Below, piece after piece: positions 9,743-24,144 of a stretch of DNA of 64,000 nt. The stretch spans positions 38,888,476-38,952,475 of the forward strand of contig NC_068998.1 in the NCBI RefSeq assembly GCF_001194135.2, given 5' to 3'. How positions within the stretch are numbered: position 1 is the first letter of the stretch; each line of letters begins with the position of its first letter. The position numbers were made by a program, and so were the translations under genes. Below the pieces are notes generated by a model. That model was not told the DNA's origin and made no database searches. It saw nothing but the letters and a program-made list of their open reading frames with translations. The stretch comes from Octopus bimaculoides. Taxonomy: Eukaryota.

Positions 9743-12700
9743 TATTAACTTTATTACTTTAACACTTTACTGCTGTATACTTTTAGAGTGTGCTCTTTTC
9801 TGAAGATATGATACATTGACAATATATATGTGTATATATATATATATTTATATATATAACAGGTTTCTTTTAATTTCTGTCTACCAAATCTCCTCACAAG
9901 ACTTTCATTGGCCTAGGGCTATAGTAGAAGACACTTGCTCAAGGTGCTACACAGTGGGACTGAATCTGGAAGCTTCTTACTACACAGCTACACTTGCATC
10001 TATGTTATTTGAAGTATTTTCCAAAACACATTTACATATTAGGAAAAACTGTGACTTAATTAAAGTGGATACACTACAGTTATCAACAAAGCTAATAATC
10101 TGTAAAGAAATAAACTGAAACGTCTATAAAATATTATCAATGTTTTGTAACACTTCAAGTGTTAGCTGCCTTAAAATCAGATTCTGATGACTCTACATCT
10201 GTAAGAGTTGATTTATCTAACTATTTTAATGAGAGGAAGATGTTATTAACCAAATCCAATTTTCTTCAAAGCCCTCTTTACAAGATTTAATGTCATTAGA
10301 ATCTGACAAGAAATTCAATACTTCTGTCAAGGGAAACAAACTGTCACATGAAAGTAAGCTAGCTGCTAATTATGCTGAAATTTGGCAAATAACTTGAATA
10401 ATATATCTTTCTTTCCGACAGTCATGATAACCTTTCATAACTTTCAAGATCCAAACCATGGTTTCTAAGGATCTCAGTAGTACTATGCACTCACTTCCTC
10501 TTAAATTTCTTCTTAATCTCGTTTCACATCCATCATTATTCACACAACAAAAATCTTTTGTACTTAAAATATAAACTTTCCTGGTACAGGTAGTACAGAT
10601 TGTTCAACAGAATAAAAACCAAATCGTTCATTTGTGCTATCACCTTCAGTAGTTTCTATTCAAAGTCATTCACGGTCATTATCCATCAATCTGTCACTTC
10701 TGTTTTTCATATTACAAGGAGTCAGTTTCAGTTGTCTGCATTAAACATCAGTTCATGTATTAAACATACATGAAAGTTACTTGTAGTCATCTTTGTGTAC
10801 AGCCATCTACCTACATGTTCACTAATGTCAACTGCCTACCATCTTCAAATATATAGAGAGAGTTTCACATGTGTAATGTAGCAAGTTGAAAGCCTTTGAT
10901 CGCCTGAGGTTGGCTAAATCATTAGTGGACATAAATTTCTAGGAATGTTTCAAAACTTGCAAACAATCAAGGTAGTTAAATCCAATAAGATTTTTTTCCT
11001 TCTTTTTTTTATTTGTTTCAGTCTTCAAGAATTTTTAGTCGAATAAATTCAAGAAATTTTAGTTGAATAAATTGACCCTAGTATTTATTTTTTAAGCCTG
11101 GAACTTATTCTATCATCTCTTTTGCTGAACCACTAAGTTACAAGCATAAACACATCAACACCAGTTGTCAAGCAGTGGTGAGAGACAAGCACACATACAA
11201 ATCCACTCTTAAGGCTTTGGTCAGCCTGAGGCTATAGTAGAAGACACTTGCCCAATTTGCTGAGGTAGATTTTCTACAGTTGGATGCCCTTATTGTCACC
11301 AACCCTCACCTGTTTCCAAGTATGGTAATATTTCTCCATGACCAGACATGTTTTCATGGAAGACTGGAAATGAAGGATACTGCTTACATGACAGTGACAC
11401 TCAATTACAACTATCATGCATTGTCAATGCAAGGACACAGTTACACACACACACACATATATACATATGTATGTATGTATATATACATAGGAGGCTTCTT
11501 TCAGTTTTCATTTACCAAGTCCTCTCATAAAGTTTTGGTCAGCCCAAGTCTGTAGCAAAGGACATTTGTCTTGGATACCACACAGTGGGAATGGCTTCCC
11601 ACTCCCGCATCTATACAGCCACACATGGAAGAGAGCTACTAACCATAACATTTCCAGGCCTTTACCAAACTGAGTTCTCAGACATTTACAGAACAAAGTT
11701 TCTGTGCAGCAAAACAATTAAACATACACAACAGTTATTCAGAAGGCCATTTTGTCAAAGCAAGAATATAGTTGACCATTACTGGTTTCAAATTATGGTA
11801 CAAGGCCAGCACTTTCTGGGGAGTGGGTAAGTCAATTACATCACCACCCCCCACCCCCACCCCAGGCTCAACTGATACTTATTTTATCAACCCTAAAGGG
11901 ATGAAAGGCAAGTTGATCACAGTAGAATTTGAACTCAGATGGTCAAAATGCTGCTAAGCATTTTGCCTGGCATGCTAATGATTCTGCCAACTCACCACCT
12001 TAAAGTGATAATTAATATTAAATTAATAGACATCAGATAACAAGTTCTTGGAGGAAAGCCCCCAGTGCCAAGCCCCCAGCGGAGTACAATATATATTTGC
12101 ATTTAGCATATTTGTATTTTGTATACAGAATGCTGCCTTAATGAATTTTTCCTCAACCATATTGTCAATTGTTTCCATCCAAAGCAGATCCTATATAGAA
12201 ATGCTTTATTTATCAACATGGGTTTTATATAATCTCATATCGAGTTTAAATCCTGTTTTTACAAGAGGATTGATAAAATAAAGTCAACTTCAGCAGGATT
12301 TGATCATAGAATATTGAGAGATATAACACAAAAAACACTTCCAAACCCATCATCTTTAAACCATTATCCTTAAACTCTACTAATCCCCCATTCTTAAGGG
12401 AATATATCTACCACCTTTTTCTTATCTGTTTGTATGCAGGCATGGCTGTGTGGTTGTGTGTCAAGAAACTTGCTTTGCAACCAGGTGGTTTTGGGTTCAG
12501 TCTGACTGTGCAGCACCTAGGACAAATGTCTTCTACTATAGCCCTGAACCAATAAACGCCTTGTGAGTGAATTTTGTAGGCAAAACTGGGAATATATATA
12601 TATGCATGTACGTGCATGTGTGTGTGTGTGTCTGTCTGTCTGCACGTGTGTGTGTGTGTGTGTGTGTGGAGACATGTGGTTTAATGTTTAGGGTGTTGTA

Positions 12701-13443
12701 TTCATGATTGTAAGGTTGCAGTTTCAATTCCTGGACCAAGCGATGCATTGTGTTCTTGAGCAAAACACTTCGTTTTACGTTGCTCCAGTCTACTCAGCTG
12801 GCAAAAATGAGTAATCCCGTAACGGACCAGTGTCCTGTTTGATGGGGGAAGGGTGGAATTTATACACCACAGAATCTTTGGAAACCAGCCTTATGAGCCT
12901 ATAGCATTGGGAAAGACTTTTGATCCCTTTTTCATATGTATGTAAATGTTATACACGTATGTTTGTGTGCACATGCATGCATGTGTATGTGCGTGTGTGT
13001 GTTTCTATGTTTGTATCTGTCCCTCACCCCCAACACTTGCAACCAGTTCATGTCACCATAATTTAGCAGTTTGAAAAAAGGAACTGACAGAATAAGTACA
13101 AGACTCAGAAAATAACTACTGATGTTGATGATGTTTCACTAAACACTTAAAGGTGGTGCTCCAGCATGGCCTCAGTCCAGTGACCGAAACAAGTAAAATA
13201 TAAAAGAAAGAGAAGGCCATAGAAGGATGCAGGTCTCGTCAATGAAATTGACTCCAGTTCTTGACTGGTACTTTATTTTATTTGTCTTGGAAAGGAGGAA
13301 AAAGCTAAAGTGACTTCAGCAGGATTCGAACTCAGAATGTACAGGGTTATAATTAAATAATATCTTAAGACACTTAATCCATCATATTGCCAAATGTGAG
13401 GAATATTTAATATAATTCCATTGAAACTATCTTTATTTCTCAC

Positions 13444-13528
13444 TTCCCATTCAATCGCTTGTTTTGTGGATGTGAAGGTATTCCAAGAGACCCAAGGAGG
13501 TGCAGAGGAAATACAAACACAGCAAACC
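13444..13528 (-). other. Candidate 85-bp internal exon
   Basis: cacattttcag|GGTTTGCTG...TGGGAA|gtgaga; two of three frames open (phase 1 gives GFAVFVFPLHLLGSLGIPSHPQNKRLNG); no recognisable homology. Confidence 0.2.
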
Positions 13529-14239
13529 CTGAAAATGTGTGAGCATAAGTGTGAGGATTGAGGAAAGAAGAATAAATAAAAAAGAAGAAAAAAAAGAAGT
13601 AAAAAGACAAAAAAAAATAGAAAAATAAAACTAAAACAAGTAAGAATCCAGAAAAGTGATAAAGTGATTTTGGGTTTGTTTAACTTTGCATTCTTCTCTG
13701 GTGTTATCTCTTCTGCCGAACTGCACTTATTCCTCTTTGTTCTTTTAGAGGTGCAATGACAAGCAACGGTGGTGGGTGTGGTGGCGATGGTGGTGGTTGC
13801 TGCTGTTATTGTTGCTGTTGTTGTTGTGGTGGTGATGGTGGTGGTGGTGGTGGTGGTGAGAAGAGATTTTAATTGGTTCGCATGCTTTCTCATTTCTTCT
13901 CTCTATCTACCTCTCACTCTCATTCACTCTCTCTTTCCCTCTTTCTCTATTTGCATATATTTATATATTTATATATGTGTGTGTGTGAGTGCATATGTGC
14001 ATCTGTGTAAGTGAGTGTAAATATTTACTTACATATGAATATATTACATATGTGTGTGTGTGTGTGTGTTGGTGTGTCTTTGTGTGTGTGTGTGTGTTGG
14101 TGAGTCTTTGTGCGTGTTTGTGTGATTGTGTGTGTTGGTAAGTATGAATGTATTTACATATGAATGTATGCATGTGCATACACACATGCATACACCACAC
14201 ACACACGCATGCATGCACACACACGCACACATTCACACA

Positions 14240-14804
14240 TACAGCTATCTCTTTTCACTCACTATTTCTGCTACATAGTCTCAACCACCCTATTTCTGTC
14301 TTCTTTCTCTCTCACTCACTCACTTTCATTCCTTCTCTCCCTCTCACTCTCATTCTTTCTTCATCTCTCTTTCACTCTCTCTCTCTGTTTCGTCTTCCTG
14401 CCTGTCTCTCCACATTTCTATTATATTTCATTGTTCCTCCTTTTTTCCTTCTCTCTATCTATTTCTCTCTTATATCTTATCCTAATCTTTCCTTTCTCTC
14501 TCTCTTTGTATTTCTCCCTTACATTGTATTTATCAGTTTTTATTTGTTCAATTGTTTCACCTTCTTTTTCTTTCCCCACTCTTTCTGCCTTCTCTATCAA
14601 TTTATTAATCTATCTCTCCCTCTTTCTGCATCTAGCTATCTGTCTTTCTGTGCATCTATCACTGTCAATCTATCTACCTATCTATCTATCTATGTACCTA
14701 TCTATCAGTCTGTCTATCTATCTTTCTATCAGTCTGTCTATCTATCTATCTATCAGTCTGTCTATCTATCTATCTATCAGTCTGTCTATCTATCTATCTA
14801 TCAG

Positions 14805-14843
<39 letters not shown>

Positions 14844-15029
14844 GTCTGTCTGTCTGTCTATCTACCTACCTACCTACCTACCTGTCTGTCTGTCTGTCTC
14901 CTACATTATTTCACTCTACAGTATTTCTGTCTATCAAACTGTCCCATTCTGCCCCTCTTTCTCTCCCTCTATCTATCTATCTATCTATCTAGTTATCTAT
15001 CTACCTCTTTATCTCTCTCCCTATCTCTC

Positions 15030-15071
<42 letters not shown>

Positions 15072-15100
15072 ATTTTCTCCCTCTCTTCCGTCTTTTCTAT
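14240..15100. repeat. CT-rich low-complexity tract with (TCTA)n/(TCTG)n/(CT)n
   Basis: Directly visible; explains the 328 aa and 316 aa Ser/Leu/Ile/Tyr ORFs. Confidence 0.95.
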
Positions 15101-16072
15101 CCAAACCATATTGAACAACAATAAACTAGCTTGAAATATAAAGACACTTGGGAATCAAGCTTTCAGAAATGTTTGCCTGAATTTCTATTTTATGGAGATA
15201 AACCAATGGAAAATGGGAAGAATGTGAGATAATCAATGGAACCAAGAGATTTATAAAAGAATTCTCTCTGAAACGAAGAAAAGAATCAAGTGAAAGAAAG
15301 AGACAAAGAAAGTAAGACATATTAATCCAAGCTGCACAAAGTCCCTAAATTGATAGCATGTCATGATTGACACTTGCTACCTTTGACATCTGAACTTGAC
15401 AGACTCATTTCAATATTGCTCCTAAACCAGAGAACTGTTAATTCAGATGGCAAGACAAAAGGAAGATTCCGGAACATCTCATCTGCTATAAAACTTTTAG
15501 TCATTTAGTCAATGTAATTCCTTAATGAAAGATGTTAAATGATCTGCTGACATTTCTTTATGGACAGACATTCAATCTTCTGAGTCTTTTCAAATAAAGT
15601 GCAAGCCATTTATTGTGATCGCTTTGGGACGAAGCCTTTGCAGTGACAATACCTGGCTGATAACAATAACCAGCTGATAAGATCAAGCAAAGAAAGAATT
15701 TGGGACTCACTAATTTAAATAACAACAACTGGTTGATAACATTTTCTGTAATCATAATCATTTTCTATAATCATAATTTGGAGTTAGGAAGGGCATCCAG
15801 CTGTAGAAACTCTAGCAAATCAAATCAGAGCCTGGTGTCGCCTCCTGGTCCACCAGTCCTCAGTCAAATCATCTAGCCCATGCTAGCATGGAAAGCAGAC
15901 GTTAAACAACGACGATGATGATGATGATGATGATCCTTTCTCACGTAAGCACAAGATCACAAATTTTGGAGGAAGGGGGTCAGTCGATTAAATCAAACCC
16001 AGTACTTCACTGGTACTTTATTTTATCAATCCTGAAAAGATGAATGATAATTTGGCTCAGCAAGGTTTGAAC

Positions 16073-16763
16073 CAGTGGCATATGGTGGTTGTTGTATTGG
16101 GTCTCCTGCCACACCCAATGCCGCCAAATTTCAAGCAGGGATATAACAAAAGTTTTCCATTAAGATTTGTGATTAAATTAAGGAGCAGGGCTTATTCTTT
16201 TATTCTTTTACTAGTTTCAGTCATTTGACTGCGGCCATGCTGGAGCACCGCCTTTAGTCTAGCAAATCGACCCCAGGACACTTATTCTTTGTAAGCCTAG
16301 TACTTATTCTATTGGTCTCTTTTTGCCAAACCGCTAAGTTACAGGGACGTAAACACACCAGCATCGGTTGTCAAGCGATGGTGGGAGGNNNNNNNNNNNN
16401 NNNNNNNNNNNNNNNNNNNNNNNNNNNNNNNNNNNNNNNNNNNNNNNNNNNNNNNNNNNNNNNNNNNNNNNNNNNNNNNNNNNNNNNNNNNNNNNNNNNN
16501 NNNNNNNNNNNNNNNNNNNNNNNNNNNNNNNNNNNNNNNNNNNNNNNNNNATATACGATGGGTTCTTTCAGTTTCCGTCTACCAAATCCACTCACAAGGC
16601 TTTGGTCGACCCGAGGCTATAGTAGAAGACACTTGCCCAAGGTGCCATGCAGTGGGACTGAACCCAGAACCATGTGGTTGGTAAGCAAACTACTTACCAC
16701 ACAGCCAGCCATTTTCGATGGGCGTGCAGCACACACCTAGCACACCCAGAATATATGGCCCTG
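16073..16763. mobile_element. hAT-type MITE inserted in a family A SINE and itself carrying a family B SINE
   Basis: Termini CAGTGGCATATG / reverse complement CAGGGCCATATA; 8-bp TSD GTTTGAAC (16065-16072) / GTTTGAAT (16764-16771). Confidence 0.6.
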
Positions 16764-17559
16764 GTTTGAATTCATAACATAAAAGATTACAGCTAAATAT
16801 TTATCTTTCTAATTTTGGCACAAGGCCAGCAAACTTGAGGGGAGAGGGGGCAAGACGATTACATTGACTCCAATACTTGACAGATAATTATTTCTTCGAC
16901 CCCGCAAAAGGATAAAAGGCAAAGTCAACCTTGGCAGGATACGAACTCAGAATGTACAAAACCAGAAGAAATGCTAACAATTATTTTGTCAGACATGCTA
17001 ACAATTCTACTAGTTCACCCCCTTAAAGAGCTATCACTAAATACCACAACACATTATGCTCGATGCTCTACTGACTCTGCCAATTTTCAGTCCAATTTGC
17101 TGTGATTATAACGAGTTGCTTTTATTGAATTTCTATATTTCCCACTGTAGCATTCTGGGATGGTTAATGCCTAAGCCATACTCAGCATTTGCTACTAATA
17201 CACTAATGTTCATTAATTCTAATTGTTCCATGCTATTTCTCTTCTGTTTCTCTCTATTTCATGTATTCTGCCCTATTTATTTTCCTATCTAAACATATTA
17301 CACAGTGTCTCTTATTTTGCTATTTAATCTTGTGATGTTTATTCTAGGAAATGGCATTCATGTTACCTACTTTACCGTTATTGTGATAATTACCATACTC
17401 TGTTCTGTGTACTTTTCTCTGCAACTGATATATTATTAGTATTATTAAATCATTATTATTATTATTACAATGATTATAATTAGTATTATTTTTTCTATTG
17501 TATATTATGAATACTTCCCTTCTTTGTTTATTGTATATTGTGTATACTTCCTTTCATTT

Positions 17560-17646
17560 TTTTTTCTATATCTTTGCATTATATATAAACCCCCAAACTT
17601 TTACGTCGTCCTTCTAAATCCTTCGCCCTGGTGGAAAATAAAAGAA

Positions 17647-17724
<78 letters not shown>

Positions 17725-17725
17725 T
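17560..17725 (+). repeat. Probable non-LTR element 3' end with (ATT)n tail
   Basis: ...ttcgccctggtggaaaataaaagaa followed by a long perfect ATT run; family not identified. Confidence 0.35.
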
Positions 17726-18904
17726 TATGTTTGACTTTTGTTTTGCATTTGTACAAGTTGGATCCAAGTCTCACCCAGAGACCTCAAGAGACAACAAGTT
17801 AGAAGTTCATGTAGGTGTTATGCCTAGGGTACCATATATTTGGATTTGTACAGTTTTGTTCAAGTGAATGTTTAAGAAACCATAAGAAAANNNNNNNNNN
17901 NNNNNNNNNNNNNNNNNNNNNNNNNNNNNNNNNNNNNNNNNNNNNNNNNNNNNNNNNNNNNNNNNNNNNNNNNNNNNNNNNNNNNNNNNNNNNNNNNNNN
18001 NNNNNNNNNNNNNNNNNNNNNNNNNNNNNNNNNNNNNNNNNNNNNNNNNNNNNNNNNNNNNNNNNNNNNNNNNNNNNNNNNNNNNNNNNNNNNNNNNNNN
18101 NNNNNNNNNNNNNNNNNNNNNNNNNNNNNNNNNNNNNNNNNNNNNNNNNNNNNNNNNNNNNNNNNNNNNNNNNNNNNNNNNNNNNNNNNNNNNNNNNNNN
18201 NNNNNNNNNNNNNNNNNNNNNNNNNNNNNNNNNNNNNNNNNNNNNNNNNNNNNNNNNNNNNNNNNNNNNNNNNNNNNNNNNNNNNNNNNNNNNNNNNNNN
18301 NNNNNNNNNNNNNNNNNNNNNNNNNNNNNNNNNNNNNNNNNNNNNNNNNNNNNNNNNNNNNNNNNNNNNNNNNNNNNNNNNNNNNNNNNNNNNNNNNNNN
18401 NNNNNNNNNNNNNNNNNNNNNNNNNNNNNNNNNNNNNNNNNNNNNNNNNNNNNNNNNNNNNNNNNNNNNNNNNNNNNNNNNNNNNNNNNNNNNNNNNNNN
18501 NACAAAATGCTTAGCGGTATTTTGCCCGTCACTTCATTCCGAGTTCAAATTCTGCCAAGGCTGACTTTACCTTTCATCCTCTTGGGGTTGATAAAAACAA
18601 GTACCAGTTGAACACTGGTGTTGATGTAACTGACTTATCCCCTCCCCAAAAATTGCTGCCCTTGTGGCAAAATATGAAAACATTATTATTATTATTATTA
18701 AGGCAGCAAGCTCGCAGAATCATTAGCACGCCGGGTAAAATGCTTAGTCTGTCTTCATGTTCTGAGTTCAAATGCCACTGGGATCGACTTTCTCTTTCAT
18801 CCTTTCAGGGTCAATAAATTAAGTACCAGTTATGCACTGGGATTGATGTAATTGACTGGTTCCCTCTCCCAAAATTTCAGGCCTTGTGCCAATAGTAGAA
18901 GGGA

Positions 18905-19172
18905 ATATTATTATTATTATTATTATTATTATATAACTGACAGCTCATTTTGCTGGGTAGGATGGAAAGTGTCAGCTGTCCACAGCCAGCAGACTAAGGT
19001 GACACTTGTTTACTGGTCATGCTTCAAGAATCCTGTGAAGAATTCTTGTAGTTCCAAGCAATGCTCATTTTTGTAGGTGTTCTACCTTCAGGCTTGCACC
19101 AATCTTTTTCAGCCGTGTTGGTAGCTGAGTGGTGATACTTCCAAGTGCACCAATTACTATTGGTATCATGCC
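18905..19172 (-). mobile_element. R4/Dong-clade LINE 3' end (RLE endonuclease C-terminus plus 3' UTR)
   Basis: Translates MIPIVIGALGSITTQLPTRLKKIGASLKVEHLQK*ALLGTTRILHRILEA*, the PIVIGALG...LQKxALLGTxRIL terminus of R4/Dong ORFs; ends in (TAA)n. Confidence 0.75.
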
Positions 19173-20879
19173 TACTCTCTTCATTGACCACAGCAACACT
19201 TGCCACTTGCCATATTAATGTTGAGCACTTAATACAAGAACAAAACCCAAGACAAAACATTGCAGATACACTAGGCACACAGAGTTGTGCTTGATAGTTC
19301 AGTAAAAAAACACAACAAAAGACTACTGGATGACAATGATGATGACAATGACAACGGTAGTGGTGGAGGTAGTGGTGGTGAAGATGATGATGATGATAGT
19401 AGAGGTGGTGGTGTGATAGTGATGGTGGTTGTGGCAGCAAAGGTGTTAGTGGTGATGATGACCATAATGATGATTAGGAGGAGAAGGAGGAGGAGGACAG
19501 GAGACAAGAGGGAGAGGATGGAAGACAGGAGGGGGGAGAATGATGACAGCAGCAACAATGACCACAACAACAACAATAACAACAACAACGATACCTCGTG
19601 ACCTTGTAATCTAATCCACAATTATTGTCTCAGATTATCTTCCAGTTTAGAATGACCAGAAATTGGTTTAATATTTCGGAACTGACAAACAAAAGCCATC
19701 CAATGTTACATCTGCCCTTTTGCTGGGTTGCTAAATAATTCAGTTACTGTAGTTTTTAGAGACAAACTGATTAACAGAGAAATGGTTTGACATTTTGTGT
19801 TTCCTCAACAATAACTCAATATTTTTGTTTTGCCTGATAAATTATCATTATAATTTCAGTAATTTAATATTTTTGTTTACGAGAGAGCCAGACAATGGTT
19901 TTTACCCCTTAAAATATGGTGCTATTAACACAAGTGACTGCATTATTGTTAGTGTGACAGAACACACAGAGAAAAATGAAATAAAATAAAATTATATAAA
20001 ATGAAATAAAATAAAATAAAATAAAACAGAAACAATTATTTTTGATGTGTTTCCTTTTGTGTCTGAATTAGTGTGAAGTGAATGGTTTGTTGTTATTGAT
20101 GCTATTATTGTTGTTGTTCTTGTTGTTGTTTTATTAGAAGACACTCCTAACAAAAGCAGCAATAGAACAGGTCTCAAGCAACCACCTTGCAGGGAGTTAA
20201 AAGAGATATTAATAATAATGGCTTCAAATTTTGGCGCATGGCTAGCAGGTTGTAGGCAGGGGGTTAAGCCAATTACATCAACCCTACCCCCGCCAATGTT
20301 CAATGGTTACTTATCTTATCAACACCCCTGGAAAGATGAAAGGCAAAATCAACTTCAACAGAGTGGGATTTGGTTGATGGAAACTGAAGGAAACATCATC
20401 ATCATCATGATTTAATGTCCATTGTCCATGCTGGCATGGGTTGGACGGTGTGACCAGAGCTGGCAAACTGGGGGGGGGCGGGGATTTGCTTCACCAGACT
20501 CCAGTCTGATTTGGCATGGCGTCTACAGCTGGATGCCCTTCCTAGTGCTAACCACTTTACAGAGTGTACTGGATGTTTTTACATGGCACTGCACAGGCAC
20601 TTTTATGTGACACCATACAGGCACTTTTATATGGCACCATCATGGGTGCTTTACACAACCAGAAGGATCAGTCTTAACATTTCTACTGTGGAGTACGAGT
20701 TTTCTGCAGTACAGCCAAGAGCCAGGTGTCTTGGCCCTTTGTCATTTTGCCTGAAAGGTTCAGCTTCAAAGGTTCCATATGTGTGTGTGTGCGTGTGTGT
20801 GTCTGTGTTAATGTATGTATATATGTATATACATACATGTATGTGCGCGTGTGTGTGTGTATATATATATATATATCCC

Positions 20880-21065
20880 GGAGTAAGCACATAAATGTGA
20901 AACAAGGTGGAAAAAAGAGTACTCAAATACCAGAGGTAGAGTAATATGCTTTATTTAAAAGCAGCAGAAAATATAACAAAAGCTGTTTCACGTTCCCATT
21001 CATTGGACAAAACTGTCCAATGAATGGGAACATGAAACTCTGAGTAACAGCTTTTGTTATATTTT
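20880..21065. mobile_element. Fold-back repeat with decayed hammerhead-like motif
   Basis: Inverted arms atataacaaaagctg...ttcacgttcccattcattggaca (20971-21009) and tgtccaatgaatgggaacatgaa...cagcttttgttatat (21014-21062). Confidence 0.5.
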
Positions 21066-21086
21066 GTATATATACTTTTAAATAAA

Positions 21087-21164
<78 letters not shown>

Positions 21165-21325
21165 TTGGCATTAGGAAGGGCATCCAGCTATAGGAACCAA
21201 GCCCAAATTGATGAGTGGAGCCAGGTGCAGCTCTCTAGCTTACCAGCTCCAGTCAAACCATCTAACCTATGCCAGTATGGAAAAGAGATGCGAAATGATA
21301 ATAATGATGATGAGGAGGCTATATA

Positions 21326-21389
<64 letters not shown>

Positions 21390-22092
21390 CATACATGTGT
21401 GGGTCTATGTTTATGTGTATGTATTACTGTCTCTTTGCTTTGACATCTTGTGAAAGTTGTAAATGAATGTCGCCGTCATGCAAGTCATAGACTTTTATTT
21501 CAAATCTTCTGTGAAAACATGCCTGATCATAAAGAAATATTACTTTTTACTTGGAAATAAGCAAGGGTCAGCAACAGGAAGCACATCCAGTCACAGAAAT
21601 CTATCTTAACAAATTCAGTCCAACACATGCAAGGATGGAAAAGTGGACATTAAATAATGATGAAACCTTGCAGCAAAACAATTTACTGCTACCTAACACT
21701 GAAAGCAACTTATTTACCATTGTTTAGATAAAGTCAGTACTATATATTGCATCAATCCATCCCTAACAAGCCATTTCAAGTACTGTTTCACCTCTTCCAC
21801 CCTATCAATGCATTGCAATTCACACATCTCATGTACCGAATAACATGACCAACCTTATACATTACACATTAGTTAGTTTTCGCAAAGCTGAAGACATGGC
21901 ATAACGTTTACTTTGATCTGTTTAATTAAAGTTTTCAGCTTCTACACAAGCATATTTTTGCTTTTTCTTTTACAGATTAACAATATTTAATGACTACTTG
22001 GGTTTCTATCAAACAAAATCAATGTCAGGATGTACTGAATGGTCTCTCTTTGTAGTAGCAATAATAGTGTAAAAGCTGATGATGATGATGAT

Positions 22093-22127
<35 letters not shown>

Positions 22128-22229
22128 TGATGACGATGACGATGATGATGATTTCTAACATATACACAAAGCCACAAATTTGGTTGGAGTTGTACAGTCT
22201 GTTATGTAAATCCTGTACACGAATTGTAT

Positions 22230-22815
22230 TTATTTTATTGATTCTGAAAAGATGAAAGGCAAACTTCGCCCTGGTGGGATTTGAACTCAAAGACATTTCT
22301 AAATATCACAGAAAATTTGTTCTACGCTTTACCATTTCCACCATCAACAACTCATTAATAATAAGGGTCGCAAATTTTGGCACAAGGCCAGCAATTTTGG
22401 GGAAGTGTGTTAAGTCGATTACATTGATCCCAGGGTTCAAGTGGTACTTATTTTATTGACCCTGTAAAGGTGAAAGGCAAAGCTGCTGACCTCAGCAGAA
22501 TTTGAACTCAGAAGGTGAAGACAAACGAAATGTTGCTAAGCATTTTGTCCAGTGTGGTAACGATTCCGCCAGCTCACCACCTTCAACCTGTTAATAATGG
22601 TTTTGAATTTTGTCACAAGGCCAGCAATTTTGAGGGAGGGTGTAAGTTGCTTACATCAACCCCAGTGTTCAACTGGTACTTATTTCATCAATCCCAAAAA
22701 GATGAAAGGCAAAGTTGACCTTGGCAGAATTTGAACATAGAACATAAAGACAGACGAAATGCAGCAAAGCAGTGTGGCCAACACAGTAACTATTCTGCCA
22801 GCTCACCACCTTTAT
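22230..22815 (-). mobile_element. Three tandem family A SINE copies
   Basis: Repeated gatgaaaggcaaa...gaatttgaactcagaa...ctgccagctcaccacctt units at about 22230-22345, 22365-22585 and 22600-22815. Confidence 0.75.
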
Positions 22816-23566
22816 AATGGTTTCTATAAAGGTGGTGAGCCCAGTCCTGGAACTGAAACCACAATCTTATGATCATGAGTCCAACGCCCTAACCACTAAG
22901 CCACATAAATTCCACCATGTAAGAGTTGTCCCTTTCATTGTTGTTGTTACTACTACCACTGTCTTTAAAACCAGCTGTTGAATATTCGGGATGTTTTTTT
23001 TTCTTTTAATTGTTCAGCAAGCTGTTCATTTCTCCTTTTTTGATTCCATGTCCTTTTTATTTTATTTTCTTTATGTTTTGCTGTTACAGTATTCAGTTGT
23101 GTAACAGAAGGTTATTTGGTAGCATTTTCAATGTAAAAACATAATGTCATCATCATCATCAACTAACATCCATCTTCCATGCTGGCATGGGTTAGATGGT
23201 TTGACTGAAAACCGGTAAGCTGGGGAGCTGCACCAGGTTCTAATCTGATTTGGTTTGGTTTCTATGGCTGGATATCCTTCCTAATGCCAATCATTCCAAG
23301 AATGTAGTGGGTGTTTTTTACATGCCACCGGCACGGGTGCCAGTTATGCAACACCAGCATCAGCCACAACTACGATCTCACTTGGCTTGACAGGTCTTCT
23401 CAAACATGGTATATTGCCAAAGGTTTCGGTCACTTGTCACTGCCTCTGTGAGGCCCAACGTTCAAACAGTGCTTTTTACATGCCACTGGCATGGGTGCCA
23501 GTTATGTGACGCTGACATTGTCACATAATTTCAAGACTTTGTAAAACAAACCGTTTTTATGTTATA

Positions 23567-23807
23567 TACAAGTGGTGGTGGTGGTGGTGGTACTTCTGTA
23601 GTTGGTTGTGATGATGTTAGTGGTGGTGCTGGCCAGGCTGGAAGCCCAACCTTCAAAGTTTTTTACAGGACTTAGAAAAACTGAAGGACTGCTGCAATAA
23701 GTGTGTGAATCTGAGAGAGGAATATGCTGAAAAAAATCATAATTAACTGATGCTCCTGGATTTTTTTTCTTCATCCAAAGTCAGGAACTTTCCAGCACCC
23801 CTTCATA
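23567..23807. mobile_element. Mariner-derived non-autonomous element (5' part replaced)
   Basis: Residual transposase end GLxKLKDCCNKCVNLREEYAE; right TIR reverse complement tatgaaggggtgctggaaagttcctgacttt; second copy 34372-34545 starts tacaagggatgccgaatagttcctgacttt. Confidence 0.7.
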
Positions 23808-24144
23808 CATTTGGTATTAAGAACAATCTTTCCTTGGGTAATTACAGTTAATTTTTACAAGTACTTGAAAGAAAATTCCATTTGGCAATGCTTGAATAAA
23901 TTGCATCTTGAAGAGATAAGGGAAATGTTTTCACACCATGAAAGACAAATATAATGATGATGTTGACAATGATGATATTGACCATGATGATGATGTTGAC
24001 AACAGCAAAACAATTATAGTCTGGGATATGCCAATACACAAAGATAGGAAGATCAAGGCTAACCAACCAGATACTGTTATCATGGACAATCAAGAAAAAA
24101 GTACTTTCTAACTGAAGCGTCAATCCAAACTGTTGATAATGTAC

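Noticed and set aside
10184-10215. CTGATGA followed by a hairpin
   Set aside because: No GAAA after the stem and no cleavage triplet.
10140-10900. Short protein-like frames and splice-like sites in a unique region
   Set aside because: Frequent stops in all frames, conflicting strands and no recognisable motif.
13273-13893. 206-aa minus-strand ORF
   Set aside because: Stitched from an (ACC/ACA)n tract, a T-rich tract and a SINE end; only the 85-bp internal segment has splice support.
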